This document shows, piece by piece, positions 26,948 to 28,151 of a stretch of 28,151 nucleotides of DNA (positions within the stretch are counted from its first letter, which is position 1; the number at the start of each line of letters is the position of its first letter). The notes beneath the pieces are model-generated. The model did no database searches. It had not been told where the DNA came from and worked only from the letters and a program-made list of their open reading frames with translations. Position numbers and translations under genes: made by a program. Source of the stretch: a virus; the IMG/VR virus record IMGVR_UViG_3300028534_000016, positions 1 through 28,151 of that record; one strand, given 5' to 3'.

Positions 26948-27324
26948 AAATAATATATAATTGTCCTGGTTGATTAGTAATAATCAATTTAATATCTATC
27001 TAATTGCGGGAAACCCCTTAGAGCTCTATAGTACTACTTACAGCTAGAAATAGACTGTAATACTCCGGCCGTAATAGTGGTAAGGAGCATAGTAAAAACC
27101 TATAGAGATTGGGCAACCGACGCAGCGAAGTACCTAACCTGTAACTACAGTATGGTATGTGTTCAACGACTATCTCCGGCGGGAGAGTACACTCTAAGCA
27201 GAGTGGAAATGATAGACACCCTAGCTATGCATATAGTGGGTGAAGATATAGTCTGGTCTCTAGTGAGAGCTAGAGCAGTGGTAAGACCACGGATGTGTAG
27301 TAGCGATACATATCGAACATTACG
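26948..27324 (+). ncRNA. group I self-splicing intron (IA-like, no ORF), 377 nt
   Basis: 5' exon ends in U; P1 GGAU/GUCC with U.G pair; P aattgcgggaa (27002), Q ...cgcagc (~27116-27126), R gttcaacgacta (27161), S aagatatagtc (27243); P7 gacta/tagtc; P3 tctatc/gataga; terminal G at 27324; removal restores DYDADGINS. Confidence 0.95.
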
Positions 27325-28151
27325 GGAATTAATTCAGCAGTAATACTATCCTTAACTATGTCAGAAATATTTGGTTTAAAAGAAAATAAAGATTTTGTAG
27401 TTTTTGTTAATAGACGTTCAGATGGCAATGGTTTTAACAAAACATTATGTGATCGTATTTTAGATTATGATGCTAACACTAAGAAAATAGATTTAATTAT
27501 AACAGCAGACCATGGTTCCTCAGATGAAAAAGTAATACCGTTGTTTATAGAAAGAAATATTGATTTCTGTTTAACAGACCACCATGAAATACCTAAAGAT
27601 AATTATCCTAAATCAGCTACAGTATTTGTTAATAATCAAAGAGAAGATAGTACGTACAGTAATAAAGTATCAGGTTGTTTTGTAGCGTTTCTTACTATGG
27701 TGGCTACTTATGATAAATATTATAACCATATAGATATGGATAAATTTAATTTTCTATTACCATTTGTAGGATTAACTACTATATCTGACGTAATGCCTTT
27801 AGACGAAGTAATTAACAGAGCTATGGTTCAATTCGGTCTTAATGAGATGAATTCAGGAAGAAGATTATTGTGGCAAGTTTTAAGAAGAGAGATGGGTATT
27901 TTTACTAATATTAACAGTACAGAAATTTCTTTTAAATTAGCTCCTTTAATCAACACTGCTTCAAGAGTAGGGTGTGAAGATGTAGCTTATAATTTACTAA
28001 CAGCTACTAAAGAAGAAGATATTCGTAGAAACATTAAACGTTTACAGAAAGAGAGCAAAGTACGTAAGTTAGAACAGAAAAAACTTAATAGAAAATCTGT
28101 AGCACAAATAGCTAATCTACCGTATAAAAACTCAGTAGTGCTTTTATTAGA
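27325..28151 (+). CDS. recJ: RecJ exon 2, partial (runs off right edge)
   Basis: GINSAV..., RRSDGNG, LIITADHG, LTDHH, SGCFVAF, TISDVMPL...NR, FKLAPLINTASR. Confidence 0.93.

Noticed and set aside
26948-26953. recJ as a pseudogene or stop-codon readthrough
   Set aside because: The interruption is fully explained by the group I intron
27077-27343. 88-aa ORF as an intron-encoded endonuclease
   Set aside because: It overlaps the ribozyme core (Q, R, S), has no HNH/GIY-YIG/LAGLIDADG motif and is out of frame with exon 2
1-28151. Alternative genetic code (TAG/TGA recoding)
   Set aside because: Conserved genes are full length in the standard code, and TAA, TAG and TGA all end genes at sensible positions
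1-28151. tRNA or rRNA genes
   Set aside because: No cloverleaf with T-loop GTTCRA and matching acceptor stem, and no rRNA-like sequence, was seen in the intergenic regions

Overview
AT-rich jumbo-phage DNA, most consistent with a phiKZ-like (Chimalliviridae-type) phage. A Campylobacterota host is a weak inference from one gene. Recognisable genes: an SLT-type lytic transglycosylase, an SbcD/Mre11-type nuclease, type IA topoisomerase, large terminase, an M16 peptidase, virion/tail proteins and a recJ gene that runs off the right end. recJ is split inside its DYDAD|G catalytic motif by a 377-nt ORF-less group I intron (26948-27324). Other notable points: (1) the terminase appears to start at a non-AUG ATC codon at 14795; (2) a free-standing zinc-repeat homing endonuclease is broken by a 10-bp tandem duplication; (3) six copies of a minus-strand promoter motif and seven long palindromic hairpins organise the window into repeated modules; (4) a ~530-bp non-coding locus (3030-3555) carries ATTACWGC repeats and a mirror-symmetric purine/pyrimidine hairpin element (origin or ncRNA candidate); (5) a possible pseudoknotted RNA lies at 477-591; (6) several small NAD/nucleotide-related domains may be counter-defence genes. 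All family assignments come from reading motifs by eye; no database search was run.
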